NCBI GenBank assembly: GCA_040771865.1
Contig: JAXGZF010000005.1
Coordinates: 248,001-312,000, forward strand
Reading direction: 5' to 3'
Source: Desulfobacterales bacterium
Lineage (GTDB): Bacteria > Desulfobacterota > Desulfobacteria > Desulfobacterales > UBA2245
DNA: 64,000 bases
Position 1 is the stretch's first letter; every line of letters starts with the position of its first letter. Shown piece after piece: positions 8,199-19,499 of the stretch. The position numbers and the translations under genes are program-made. The notes under the pieces were generated by a model. That model did no database searches. It was not told the DNA's origin and saw nothing but the letters and a program-made list of their open reading frames with translations.

Positions 8199-10523
8199 AT
8201 GGTTTTCCTGAACCGAAAATTCAATTCAAGGTGTTTATACCGTCTGGCGTTCGGTTTGCTGTGCTTCTGGTTCTGCATGGTAAAACCGGTTGCCGGGCAG
8301 GATCTGAAAGCCCTGGTGGGTCCGGAAGACGCCGGCCCATGGAATATCGCGGCTGACCGGATCAGTTATGACGAGCCGGGAAAGGTCTACATGGCCGAGG
8401 GAAACGTGGTGATCACCCGGGCAGACCGCAGACTGACCGCCGACAGGGTGCTGTTTGATCACCGGCAGATGAAGGCCGCGGCCGACGGTCATGTGATGCT
8501 GATTGCCGGAAAGGACGTGCTGACCGCTGAGGGGATTGATATCGATCTGAACTCGGAGACCGGAACCATTTACGGCGGCAGCATTTTTATTCAGGAAAAC
8601 CATTTTTACATTCAGGGTGATACGATTCAGAAAACCGCCAAGAACACATACAGTGTTGACAGGGGCAGCTTTTCGTCCTGCGACGGAAAGAAGCCGGACT
8701 GGAAGATCACCGGCCGCAAACTGAATGTGACTGTGGAAGGCTATGGCACGTTGCAGCACGGGGCTTTGTGGGTTAAAGACGTGCCGGTATTTTATCTGCC
8801 CTATCTTATATTTCCGGTCAAACTCAGGCGCCAGTCCGGCCTGCTGGCGCCGGAAATCAGCCATTCGGACCGCAAGGGGTTTCAGTATGTTCAGCCCTTT
8901 TTCTGGGCGATCAATGACAGTTCAGATGCGACCCTGTATGCTGACGCCATGGAAAAGCGCGGCGTCAAGATGGGAATGGAATACCGGTATGTCCTGGATG
9001 AAAAATCAAAGGGCGTTCTGATGTTTGATGGATTCAATGACCGGAAAGTAGACGATGGCGTTTCCGCTGACTCGGAAGACTGGGGGTATTCCGGTGACGC
9101 GGCTTTCCGGCCCAATTCGGATCGCTACTGGTTTCGAATGAAGCAGGATCAGATTTTGCCTTTCGGGTTCACCGGACGCATGGATCTGGATATCGTCAGC
9201 GATCAGGATTACCTGCATGAATTTAAAAGCGGCTATTCCGGGTTTGACGAAACCGACAGATATTTTTCAGAAACCTTTGGAAGGGATCTTGACGAGTATG
9301 ACGATCCGGTTCGCACCAACCGGATCAATCTGCTCAAGAGCGGTTACGCTTACAGCCTGAACCTGGAAGGCCGATGGTATGATGATGTTGTGAAACGCCG
9401 AAGCAATGCGCCCGACGACACCTTGCAGCAGCTTCCCTATGCAGGCCTGTCTCTGGTCAAGCAACGGTGGGAGGGCACGCCATTTTTCTGGAATGGAGAG
9501 GCCGCCTATACGAATTTTTACAGGGAGTCCGGAACCCGTGGGCAGCGTATGGACCTGTACCCCCGCATGTACGTGCCGTATCGGTATGGAAACTATGTTT
9601 TCATTGAGCCATCGGTCGGCGTGCGTCAAACATCATGGCTTGTTAACCAGTGGGATGAAGACGGGGCCGACGACAACCGCGGTCTTTCCAGAACCCTGTA
9701 TGACCTGAACCTGGAATTCTCCACCGAGATTGCCAGGGTTTACCCGCAGGGCGGCTCCGATGCGATCCGGCACAGCATTCAGCCGAAAATAGCCTATCAG
9801 TATCTTTCCGATATCAACGAGGATGATCATCCTCATTTTGATGAAATCGATTCCCTTTCCGAGCAAAACCGTATCGTGTATTCTCTGACCAGCAACTGGG
9901 TTTCCCGCAGCGCGCAGCGGCCGGCGCAAGGCGAAGCGAAAGCATTCCGCGTGAAACGGCACATGCTTGGTGATTCAGAGGCATTCCGGGATCTGAAGGA
10001 AGATTTGGAAAACGAGGAGCGGTTGCATTATGATCCGTTTTTGCGGATCAAGCTGGAACAAAGTTACGATATTCGGGAAAGCGAGGAATTTTTGGATGAA
10101 GATGTGCTTGATCCGGATTGGGAAAAACCGTTTTCACCATTGTATGGAGAGGTGCGGTGGAAGGTCAATGAATTTGTCATTCTGAAGGCCGATTCAAAAT
10201 GGTCCGTCTATGATGGAGAATTCCGAACCCGAAACCTTCGCATGATGTTGCGCAATCAGCGATCGGCCCAACTGAGCGTGGAACACCGCTACATACAGAA
10301 CGACAGCGAGTCGATCTGGTTTGAAGGATATACCAACCTGACCGATTCCTTGGCCCTGTTTGGAGATTTTGAACACAACCTTCATGATGACAAAAACATC
10401 TGCTATGGCGCCGGTATTGTGTATCAGTCCCAGTGCTGGGCGTTGGAGTTGCGGTTTTCCGATGAGGAAGAGGACCTGCGGTTTGACTTCAGAATCCGTC
10501 TGCTCGGCCTGGGAGAGATATAG
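8199..10523 (+). CDS. lptD: LPS assembly outer-membrane protein LptD
   Basis: Signal peptide; OstA-like N domain (IAADRISYD, AEGNVVI, FSSC, PDWKI); PVFYLPY...RQSGLLAP; beta-barrel C-terminus YQSQCW...IRLLGLG. Start uncertain (8169 or 8199). Confidence 0.9.
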   Translation: MVFLNRKFNSRCLYRLAFGLLCFWFCMVKPVAGQDLKALVGPEDAGPWNIAADRISYDEPGKVYMAEGNVVITRADRRLTADRVLFDHRQMKAAADGHVMLIAGKDVLTAEGIDIDLNSETGTIYGGSIFIQENHFYIQGDTIQKTAKNTYSVDRGSFSSCDGKKPDWKITGRKLNVTVEGYGTLQHGALWVKDVPVFYLPYLIFPVKLRRQSGLLAPEISHSDRKGFQYVQPFFWAINDSSDATLYADAMEKRGVKMGMEYRYVLDEKSKGVLMFDGFNDRKVDDGVSADSEDWGYSGDAAFRPNSDRYWFRMKQDQILPFGFTGRMDLDIVSDQDYLHEFKSGYSGFDETDRYFSETFGRDLDEYDDPVRTNRINLLKSGYAYSLNLEGRWYDDVVKRRSNAPDDTLQQLPYAGLSLVKQRWEGTPFFWNGEAAYTNFYRESGTRGQRMDLYPRMYVPYRYGNYVFIEPSVGVRQTSWLVNQWDEDGADDNRGLSRTLYDLNLEFSTEIARVYPQGGSDAIRHSIQPKIAYQYLSDINEDDHPHFDEIDSLSEQNRIVYSLTSNWVSRSAQRPAQGEAKAFRVKRHMLGDSEAFRDLKEDLENEERLHYDPFLRIKLEQSYDIRESEEFLDEDVLDPDWEKPFSPLYGEVRWKVNEFVILKADSKWSVYDGEFRTRNLRMMLRNQRSAQLSVEHRYIQNDSESIWFEGYTNLTDSLALFGDFEHNLHDDKNICYGAGIVYQSQCWALELRFSDEEEDLRFDFRIRLLGLGEI

Positions 10524-10727
10524 ACTGTGCGGCCAGCGGCACGCCCAGCGGCTCGAGTGGATTTTCCGGCGGGTGTCCGGTCCGGAAGGGCAATCATGTT
10601 CCGGTTGCCGACACGGATTAAATGAAGAACGTTGCATTGAGGATGTTCATACGATTATGATGATCGTCCGCGGCGCGATCCTCTTTCGTGATTTTGCCAT
10701 GGCCATCTGAAGCCGAGCGATTTCGAT

Positions 10728-11273
10728 ATGCCGATAACCGAATCCCTCCGTTCCTGGTATGCCCTGTATACCAGAAGCCGTTTCGAGAATGTGGTTTTCC
10801 AGGGGTTGTGTAAAAAATCCATGGAGGCGTTCCTGCCCAGGATTCGGGTCAAGAGCAGACGGCGGGACAGAACGCTGATGATTCAGATCCCGCTTTTCCC
10901 GGGTTACCTCTTTGTCAGAACCGATTTGAACCCGAAGGAATATATCGATATTCTTCGAACAGTCGGTGTGGTCCGCATGATGGGCGGCAAGGGGGGGCCG
11001 GTTCCTGTCGCAGATTCTGTGATTGCATCTTTGAAAATTATGACCCTTGCCGAAAGTCCGATTATTTCCCGTAATTGCATGCAGAAAGGAGATCGGGTTG
11101 TGGTCATTAACGGGCCTTTTGCCGGCGTTGTCGGCGTATTTTTAAGGTACAGGGGAAAGGAACGTGTGGCGGTGAATATCGAAGCTCTGGGTCAAAGCGC
11201 AATCGTGGACGTTTCCGCTCAGGATGTTGAGATGGTGCCGCCGATTTCGTCCAATCGGAGCGATTTTATTTGA
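10728..11273 (+). CDS. NusG paralog, UpxY/RfaH/LoaP-type transcription antiterminator
   Basis: WYALYTRSRFE, EAFLP, PLFPGYLFV (NGN domain); GDRVVVINGPFAGVVG (KOW). Confidence 0.9.
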   Translation: MPITESLRSWYALYTRSRFENVVFQGLCKKSMEAFLPRIRVKSRRRDRTLMIQIPLFPGYLFVRTDLNPKEYIDILRTVGVVRMMGGKGGPVPVADSVIASLKIMTLAESPIISRNCMQKGDRVVVINGPFAGVVGVFLRYRGKERVAVNIEALGQSAIVDVSAQDVEMVPPISSNRSDFI

Positions 11274-11433
11274 ACTCAAAAGCGATTTGGAGTTCTGTCG
11301 GAAAGCAGTGGAAGATTGATCAACCCTCCTTATGATCCTCTTTGTTAACATAACAGCTTGACTTGCCTTCTTATTTTGTTTAATAGAACCTGACGTTCGA
11401 TGCGCGGATGAGAAAAACGCAAAAGGAGGCGTT

Positions 11434-11709
11434 ATGAATAAACTGGAATTGATTGCCACGTTGAAAAGCAAGGCGGGTATATCCAAATCCGAAGCGGCCA
11501 CGGTGGTTCAGATTCTTTTCGACGATATGGCCGAAGCCCTGGCCCGCGGCGATCGCGTGGAGATTCGGGGACTTTGCAGCTTTTACGTAAAAGAATACAA
11601 GAGCTATCTGGGCCGGAATCCCAAAACCGGAGAAAAGGTCGCGATCAAGCCCAAAAAGCTTCCGTTCTTCAAGTCCGGCAAAGAACTGAAAGACCGGGTG
11701 GACCGGTAA
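11434..11709 (+). CDS. ihfB: Integration host factor beta-like / HU family DNA-binding protein
   Basis: MNKLELI, GDRVEIRGLCSF, GRNPKTGE, PFFKSGKELKDRV; RBS AAGGAGG. Confidence 0.8.
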   Translation: MNKLELIATLKSKAGISKSEAATVVQILFDDMAEALARGDRVEIRGLCSFYVKEYKSYLGRNPKTGEKVAIKPKKLPFFKSGKELKDRVDR

Positions 11710-11713
11710 GACG

Positions 11714-12718
11714 ATGCACGGCTTTGAATCCGTTATAGATCAGCAGAAACCCATCGGAATTTTGCGGGCGCTTCTCGAACAGTCGTCTGTTGCGCATGCC
11801 CTGCTTTTTACGGGCATTGACGGTGTCGGCAAGCAAAAGACCGCACGCATGTTTGCCATGGCGGTGAACTGCGAATTATATCGTGGGGATACAACTTCTC
11901 AAATCTCAGTCGATTCGGTGCCGTGCGGACAATGCGTTTCATGCCGGAAAATCACCTCCGGAAATCATCCGGATGTACTTCATATTCAACCCCAGGGAAA
12001 TCTGATTCGAATCGATCAGATCCGCGCTCTGGGCCGAACCCTCGCCATGAAGCCCTACGAGGCCAGATATCGGGTGGTGATGATTTCAGACGCCCACCGA
12101 ATGAATCCTGAATCCGCCAACGCGCTTCTCAAGATGCTTGAGGAGCCGCCTGAACAGACCCTTCTGGTGCTGACCGCCTCGGAGACGGCGGACCTGCTTC
12201 CGACGGTGGTATCCCGATGCCAGCTCGTCCGGTTCAATCCAATATCGATTCCAAGCATCTGCCGCGAGCTGGTCTCGCGGTGCGATCTTTCTTCAGACGC
12301 TGCACGGGTGGTGGCGGCGATGGCCGGCGGCAGCATGGGGCGGGCCATCGCCATGAGCCGGAGCGATTGGCTGGAACGCAGAAACTGGCTGGTACAGGAA
12401 TTGGCGGGTCTGCGGCAGGCGCCGGTCAGCGTGTGCCTGGCCCTTGCTCAGCGGCTGGCTCAGAATAAGGACCGGCTGGCCGAGTCGCTGGAAGTCATGC
12501 TGTCATGGTTTCGAGACCGGCTGGTGGGGCTGTATGACCCCGGAAAAATCATCAATCAGGACTTGATTCCCTCGCCGGATTGTGGTTCACAAAACGAAGA
12601 TCCTGAAATGCTTCTGGCGAAGATTCAGGCGGTCAGGGCGGCGGAAAAGGCCGTTGCGGCCAACGCAAACCTGCGGCTGACAATCGAAGGTCTGATCCTG
12701 CGGTTGTCCGAAATTTAA
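11714..12718 (+). CDS. holB: DNA polymerase III subunit delta'
   Basis: HALLFTGIDGVGK, Zn module CGQCVSC, NHPDV, ANALLKMLEEPP, TVVSRCQ. Confidence 0.95.
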   Translation: MHGFESVIDQQKPIGILRALLEQSSVAHALLFTGIDGVGKQKTARMFAMAVNCELYRGDTTSQISVDSVPCGQCVSCRKITSGNHPDVLHIQPQGNLIRIDQIRALGRTLAMKPYEARYRVVMISDAHRMNPESANALLKMLEEPPEQTLLVLTASETADLLPTVVSRCQLVRFNPISIPSICRELVSRCDLSSDAARVVAAMAGGSMGRAIAMSRSDWLERRNWLVQELAGLRQAPVSVCLALAQRLAQNKDRLAESLEVMLSWFRDRLVGLYDPGKIINQDLIPSPDCGSQNEDPEMLLAKIQAVRAAEKAVAANANLRLTIEGLILRLSEI

Positions 12719-12727
12719 AAGAGGCAT

Positions 12728-13531
12728 ATGCAAAAAGTCGTTGGAGTACGATTTAAACCGGCCGGAAAAATTTATGATTTTGATTGCGGGGCCTTTGTCT
12801 TGTCCAGTGGAGACCATGTGATTGTGGAAACCGAACAGGGCCTTGGATTCGGTTCTGTGATCGTTGAGCCGGAGTACCGCGAAGACCCGCTTCCTGAAAA
12901 ACCCCTGAAGAAAGTGTTCCGCCTTGCCACTCAGGAGGATTTCGAACAACTGGCTCAAAACGTCGAACTGGAAAAATCGGCCTTTGAGTTCTGCCTGAAG
13001 AGCATTCAGGAACTCGGCCTTTCCATGAATCTGTTTGCCGTTGAAAGTACCTTTGATCAGAATAAGCTGACCTTTTTCTTCACCGCGGAAGGGCGGATTG
13101 ATTTCCGGCAACTGGTCAAGATCCTTGTCAAGGAGCTCGGCGCACGGATAGAGATGCGCCAGGTGGGAATCAGAAACCATGCCAAGATGTGCGGCGGCAT
13201 CGGACGATGCGGACGTCAGCTGTGCTGCTCGCTGTTTATGGAAAAATTCGATCCGGTGTCCATTCGAATGGCCAAAGAGCAGGGCCTGTCTTTGAATCCC
13301 ACGAAGATTTCCGGGCAATGCGGGCGTCTGATGTGCTGTCTGACGTTTGAATATGAGACCTACTGTGCGCTGAGGGAAAAATTTCCAAAAATCGGAAAAA
13401 CAGTCAATGCCAAGCGGGGGCAGGGAAAGGTTGTCCGTCAGAATGTAGTCGGCAACCGAGTCGCCGTCCGGTTTGAGGACGGAATAGAAGTTGAAATTGG
13501 AATCGACGAGATTACAGAACAGGGGGAATGA
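12728..13531 (+). CDS. ricT: PSP1 domain protein, YaaT/RicT family
   Basis: FTAEGRIDFRQLVK, RIEMRQVG, GRCGRQLCC, LSLNPTKISGQCGRLMCCL; holB-yaaT synteny. Confidence 0.9.
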   Translation: MQKVVGVRFKPAGKIYDFDCGAFVLSSGDHVIVETEQGLGFGSVIVEPEYREDPLPEKPLKKVFRLATQEDFEQLAQNVELEKSAFEFCLKSIQELGLSMNLFAVESTFDQNKLTFFFTAEGRIDFRQLVKILVKELGARIEMRQVGIRNHAKMCGGIGRCGRQLCCSLFMEKFDPVSIRMAKEQGLSLNPTKISGQCGRLMCCLTFEYETYCALREKFPKIGKTVNAKRGQGKVVRQNVVGNRVAVRFEDGIEVEIGIDEITEQGE

Positions 13532-13535
13532 TAAG

Positions 13536-15458
13536 ATGGCCGAACCTTTTTATGTGACGACTCCCATCTACTATGTCAACGCAAAGCCCCACCTAGGGCA
13601 TGCATATACAACGATACTCGCTGATGTGGCTGCACGGTTTCATCAGATGTGCGGCCAGGAAACCTTTTTTCTGACCGGCGTCGATGAGCATGGAGACAAG
13701 GTGGTTCGCGCTGCGCAGAAGGCGAACATGACGGCCCGTAACTATGTGGATCAGATCAGCAGCCTTTTCCGGAATCTCTGGCCTGAGCTCAACATACGAA
13801 ACAACGCCTTTATCCGCACCACGGACCCGGCCCATATGGCCGTGGTCGAGCAGATTTTGCAGAAAATTTACGATGCCGGAGATATCTACTTCAGCGAATA
13901 CGAGGGGCTTTATTGTTTCGGGTGCGAGCGGTTTTACACGGAGCGGGAACTGGTTAACGGAAAATGTCCGGATCATGAAACCGCGCCCGAGGTGATCAAG
14001 GAATCCAATTATTTTTTCAAGATGAGTCGTTACCAGGACTGGCTGATCGATCATATTCAGCAGAACCCGGATTTTATCCGGCCCGAACGTTACCGTAATG
14101 AGGTGCTGGCTTTTTTGCGCGCCCCTCTGGAGGATCTTTGCATTTCCAGGCCCAAAACCAGGCTGCAATGGGGCATCACCCTGCCTTTCGACAACAACTA
14201 CGTGACCTATGTCTGGTTCGATGCATTACTGAACTATATTTCCGCACTGGGCTGGCCCGACGGAGCGCTGTTTGAAAAATTCTGGCCCTCGGTTCAGCAT
14301 ATAACGGCCAAGGATATTCTCAAGCCCCATGGAATTTACTGGCCGATCATGCTCAAGGCCGCCGGGCTTCCGCTTTACCGGCACCTGAATGTCCACGGGT
14401 ACTGGAACGTGGACCAGAGCAAGATGTCCAAGAGTCTGGGGAATGTCATTGATCCCCTGGAATTGAAGAATGTTTACGGCCTGGATGCATTCCGGTATTT
14501 TTTGATGCGCGAGATGGTCTTCGGCCTGGACGCCGGCTTCAGTGAGGTGGCTCTGGTTCAGCGGATCAATGCGGATCTGGCCAACGATCTGGGCAACCTT
14601 TTTTCCAGGGTGCTTTCCATGGTCCACAAATACTTTGCCGGGGCGGTTCCCGAACCCGATCCTCAGGCTGCGGAAGAGCTGAATCTGGATCTTGAGCAGA
14701 AAACGCAAAGCGTGATCGATGAATACGAAAATGCCATGGAGCAATTTGCCTTCCACAGAGCCATGTGGGCGGTGTGGGAACTGATCGGCCAAATGAACAA
14801 ATGCATCGATGTAACCGCTCCCTGGGTTCTGGCCAAGAACAAGTCCAGTCGAAAACACTTGGAAACCGTGATCTATTATCTGCTGGAAGGGCTTCGGGTT
14901 GTTTCCGGACTGCTGTATCCGGTGATGCCGGATACCTCCGCCAGAATGCAGGAACATCTGGGACTGGATTCCAATACCGAGTATTATCGTTTGGAGAAAT
15001 TGAAAAGAAGCAAGGACCTGCCTTCAGGACTTCGGCTTCCCAAAACCATTACTCTGTTTCCGCGTGTGGAGCCGGAAAGAATTCAAGCGATCAATCAGGC
15101 TCAGCGGACGCCCGAGACGTCCGTCAAGCCGATCAAACCGGAAATTTCTTACGAGGTTTTCAGTCAGGTGGATCTGCGGGTTGCAACAATCATTGACGCC
15201 GAGCCGGTTGCGAAAGCGAAAAAACTGGTCAAGCTTCAGGTGGATATGGGAGAGGAAAGAACCATCGTAGCAGGCATTTCTCAGAGCTACTCCCCGGATC
15301 AGCTCATCGGAAAGCAGGTCGTCATGGTGGCCAACCTGAAGCCCGCAAAACTGATGGGAATTCTTTCAAACGGCATGTTGCTTGCCGCAACCGATGAAAC
15401 GGGCCTTTGCCTGCTGACTCTGGACGGTACCGTTGCACCCGGGACGCCGATTTCCTGA
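13536..15458 (+). CDS. metG: Methionine--tRNA ligase with C-terminal tRNA-binding domain
   Basis: TTPIYYVN, HLGH, YVWFDAL, KMSKS, C-terminal DLRVATI...NLKPAKLMG. Confidence 0.97.
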   Translation: MAEPFYVTTPIYYVNAKPHLGHAYTTILADVAARFHQMCGQETFFLTGVDEHGDKVVRAAQKANMTARNYVDQISSLFRNLWPELNIRNNAFIRTTDPAHMAVVEQILQKIYDAGDIYFSEYEGLYCFGCERFYTERELVNGKCPDHETAPEVIKESNYFFKMSRYQDWLIDHIQQNPDFIRPERYRNEVLAFLRAPLEDLCISRPKTRLQWGITLPFDNNYVTYVWFDALLNYISALGWPDGALFEKFWPSVQHITAKDILKPHGIYWPIMLKAAGLPLYRHLNVHGYWNVDQSKMSKSLGNVIDPLELKNVYGLDAFRYFLMREMVFGLDAGFSEVALVQRINADLANDLGNLFSRVLSMVHKYFAGAVPEPDPQAAEELNLDLEQKTQSVIDEYENAMEQFAFHRAMWAVWELIGQMNKCIDVTAPWVLAKNKSSRKHLETVIYYLLEGLRVVSGLLYPVMPDTSARMQEHLGLDSNTEYYRLEKLKRSKDLPSGLRLPKTITLFPRVEPERIQAINQAQRTPETSVKPIKPEISYEVFSQVDLRVATIIDAEPVAKAKKLVKLQVDMGEERTIVAGISQSYSPDQLIGKQVVMVANLKPAKLMGILSNGMLLAATDETGLCLLTLDGTVAPGTPIS

Positions 15459-15551
15459 CCCGAACAAACCGGATACATTCGCAATCATCGTTATTCCGGA
15501 ATTTGGGCATTGTCCGTGGAAAACAGCGAGGGGCCCATCGGGAAAGACTTC

Positions 15552-16976
15552 ATGGACGACAAAAAAATCAATTATATCCCGATTTGTGCGAAAAGACCGA
15601 CGTGGCGCGTTTATCAGGAAAATCTCAAGCGGAAAAGCGCTGGCAAAAACCGCTTGAAATATCTGGCTTATTTTTCTGTTTTGTGCGCGGTACTGCTCGC
15701 CTGGATGGGTGGATCGAGTGTGCGCAGCTGCGGCAAGGCCACCGAAAAGTCTGATGCCGGATATGGTTTAGGCGGGGTCGGCTGTGCGCCGGGCGGTAAC
15801 CTTGGAAAGGCTGCCGGAAAACTTGTCGCCGCGTTCGGCGATCGGATGCTGGAAAAAAAAGATCTTCGAATTCTCTTTGAAAACCAAGATATTATCAGTC
15901 TGACAGACGATAGATTCAGAGTTTTACGCGACGGCCATGCGTTTCATGTGGATACCAGCCTGAATATGTCTCTGCAGCGTGTATTAATGAATAACCTGGA
16001 TGTCGCCAACTGCCGGTATGTCGGAATAGTGGTCATGGATCCGGACAGTGGCCGGATTCTGGCAATGACCGGGTTTGACAAGACACAAGCATCCTCGAAT
16101 CCATGCATTACCGGATTTCCAGCAGCCAGTATTTTCAAGATTGTTACCGCGGCTGCCTGTATCGAAAGCTGCGGTTACAACCCTCAGACCATTTTTGTTT
16201 TTAACGGCGGAAAGCATACCCTTTACAAACATCAGCTGCAGGAGCGTGAAGATCGCTATTCTCAAAAAATTACCCTGCAAGATGCGTTTGCCCAGTCCGT
16301 AAATCCGGTGTTCGGTAAAATTGGCGTCCAGCATCTGGGCCCGGTTTTGCTTCAGAAGCATGCCGAGGCTTTCGGCTTTAATCATGATATTGATTTTGAA
16401 CTTCCCGTAAGCCCCAGCCGGATAGCTTTTTCTGAAGAGCCTTACCATCTTGCCGAAATTTCCTGCGGTTTTAACCGAGACACCACGATTTCTCCTCTAC
16501 ATGGCGCCATGCTTTCCTGCGCGGTTTTCAATCGCGGGCAGATGATTGCTCCGGGAATCGTTGACGCTGTTGTGGATGAGAACGGTAAAACCTTGTATCA
16601 ACATCAGCGGGAGATGATCTGCAAAGCGGTATCTCCGGAAACCTCCCGGATGATCGGATCTATGATGGAGGAAACGGTGGTATCCGGAACCTGCCGCAAG
16701 AGCTTCAGCGGGTATCGAAATGACAAAACGCTCTCCAGACTGGATATGGGGGGTAAAACCGGATCGATCGACAATGCATCTCATGATGTGCGGCTGGACT
16801 GGTTTGTCGGATTCGCCCGGGATAATAACGGGCCGGGCAAGTTGGCGGTATCCGTAGTCGTGGGGCATGAGCGGTACATCGGAACCCGGGCTTCGCAGTA
16901 TGCACGTATTGCCATTCGTGAGTACTTCGGCAATTATTTCAACCAGACGTCCGGGAAGGCTGAAGACCGGGGATAG
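15552..16976 (+). CDS. Penicillin-binding protein, transpeptidase domain with N-terminal membrane anchor
   Basis: SxxK (SIFK), SxN (SVN) and KTG (GGKTGS) all present; one TM segment near the N-terminus. Confidence 0.88.
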   Translation: MDDKKINYIPICAKRPTWRVYQENLKRKSAGKNRLKYLAYFSVLCAVLLAWMGGSSVRSCGKATEKSDAGYGLGGVGCAPGGNLGKAAGKLVAAFGDRMLEKKDLRILFENQDIISLTDDRFRVLRDGHAFHVDTSLNMSLQRVLMNNLDVANCRYVGIVVMDPDSGRILAMTGFDKTQASSNPCITGFPAASIFKIVTAAACIESCGYNPQTIFVFNGGKHTLYKHQLQEREDRYSQKITLQDAFAQSVNPVFGKIGVQHLGPVLLQKHAEAFGFNHDIDFELPVSPSRIAFSEEPYHLAEISCGFNRDTTISPLHGAMLSCAVFNRGQMIAPGIVDAVVDENGKTLYQHQREMICKAVSPETSRMIGSMMEETVVSGTCRKSFSGYRNDKTLSRLDMGGKTGSIDNASHDVRLDWFVGFARDNNGPGKLAVSVVVGHERYIGTRASQYARIAIREYFGNYFNQTSGKAEDRG

Positions 16977-17065
16977 GTCGGAATCCCGGTTTCCTTGAAC
17001 GTATGGCGGATTGAATCCGGGCTCCGAGTCGAACTTAATCGTATATTCATAAGGAGATAAGGAAT

Positions 17066-18253
17066 ATGCCGGGTTTTGAGTGGTTTGGAGAGGAAGAACG
17101 CAAAGAGGTGAACGATGTCCTTGAGACGGGCGTGTTGTTCCGGTATGGTTTTGACCAGGCGCGCAAAGGCCGCTGGAAGGCGAAGCGTTTTGAGGCCGAG
17201 CTGGCCGAACGGCTGAAAGTTGGCTATGCGCATCTTTGTTCCAGCGGAACGGCGGCCCTGAATATTGCGCTGGCCAGCTGCGGAATCGGGGCCGGCGATG
17301 AGGTGGTGGTGCCGCCGTTCACATTCGTTGCTACCATCGAATCGGTGCTCAGTGTGGGTGCGATTCCGGTATTCGGGGAAATCGACGAGACGCTGTGTCT
17401 GGATCCGGACCGCCTCGAAGATGTGGTCACCACCCGAACCAGGGCGATTCTTCCGGTGCACATGTGCGGTTCCATGGCCCGAATCGATGAGATTGCGCAG
17501 CTATGTTCCCGCAAGGGGCTGGTGTTGATCGAGGATGCCTGCCAGGCTCTGGGAAGCGCTTATCAGGGCAAAAGCCTCGGTACTTTCGGGCAGATGGGCT
17601 GCTTTTCCTTTGATCCGGTGAAAACCATCACCTGCGGAGAGGGAGGGGCCGTGATCACCAACGATGCCGCTCTGTATGAGAAGGCGCATTCCTATGCCGA
17701 TCACGGCCATGATCATATCGGGTCGGATCGCGGTTTGGAAGGACATCCCATTCTTGGAACCAATCATCGGATCAGCGAATTGAATTCGGCAGTCGGCCTG
17801 GCTCAGCTTCGAAAACTGGATCGAATGCTGGAAGTTCAGCGGGCCGGCAAGGCGGCGATCAAATCAGCGCTGGGAACGATTCCCGGACTGACTTTCCGCA
17901 AGGTTCCCGATGAGGCTGGGGATTCTGCGACCTTTCTCTCCTTTTTGCTTCCTTCCGAAGACCGTGCGCGTCAGTCGGCTTTGAATCTTGTTCAGGCCGG
18001 CGTGGATGGATGCTTCTACTGGTATGACAATAACTGGCATTACCTGAGACGCTGGGAACATCTCAAAAAGATGGCTTCCGCCTCCAGGCTGCCGCAGACC
18101 CTGACAGGGCATTGTCCGGATTACGAACGGGTTCATCTGCCGCAGTCCGACAATATTATTAAAAGGCTGATTTCCATGCAGATCAAGCTGTCCTGGACCG
18201 AGGCGGACCTGATTTTGCGCATTGACAAAATGCGCAAGGTGCTTGGCGATTGA
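17066..18253 (+). CDS. kdnA: DegT-family aminotransferase, KdnA-like (8-amino-3,8-dideoxy-manno-octulosonate transaminase)
   Basis: MPGFEWFG start, SFDPVKTITCGEGG, DHGHDHIG, GVDGCFYWYDNNWHY, IKLSWT match my recollection of Shewanella KdnA; adjacent to kdnB. Confidence 0.85.
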   Translation: MPGFEWFGEEERKEVNDVLETGVLFRYGFDQARKGRWKAKRFEAELAERLKVGYAHLCSSGTAALNIALASCGIGAGDEVVVPPFTFVATIESVLSVGAIPVFGEIDETLCLDPDRLEDVVTTRTRAILPVHMCGSMARIDEIAQLCSRKGLVLIEDACQALGSAYQGKSLGTFGQMGCFSFDPVKTITCGEGGAVITNDAALYEKAHSYADHGHDHIGSDRGLEGHPILGTNHRISELNSAVGLAQLRKLDRMLEVQRAGKAAIKSALGTIPGLTFRKVPDEAGDSATFLSFLLPSEDRARQSALNLVQAGVDGCFYWYDNNWHYLRRWEHLKKMASASRLPQTLTGHCPDYERVHLPQSDNIIKRLISMQIKLSWTEADLILRIDKMRKVLGD

Positions 18254-18312
18254 AGTCTGTATACTCGTTTCAAAATTTTCCAGGGAATTTGCCGATAACC
18301 GAGCATTGATAA

Positions 18313-19392
<1,080 letters not shown>

Positions 19393-19409
19393 ATCCAGAT
19401 CAACATGGG

Positions 19410-19445
19410 TGCAAAAAAGGTCCCCGAATGGGGACCTTTTTTGCA
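19410..19445. terminator. Bidirectional intrinsic terminator
   Basis: Perfect 16-bp inverted repeat TGCAAAAAAGGTCCCC-GAAT-GGGGACCTTTTTTGCA between convergent kdnB and MFS genes. Confidence 0.9.
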
Positions 19446-19499
19446 GAAGCGCATCAGGTTGATGCACCGAGTCGATCGTGACTTCTGAACAGACGCCGG

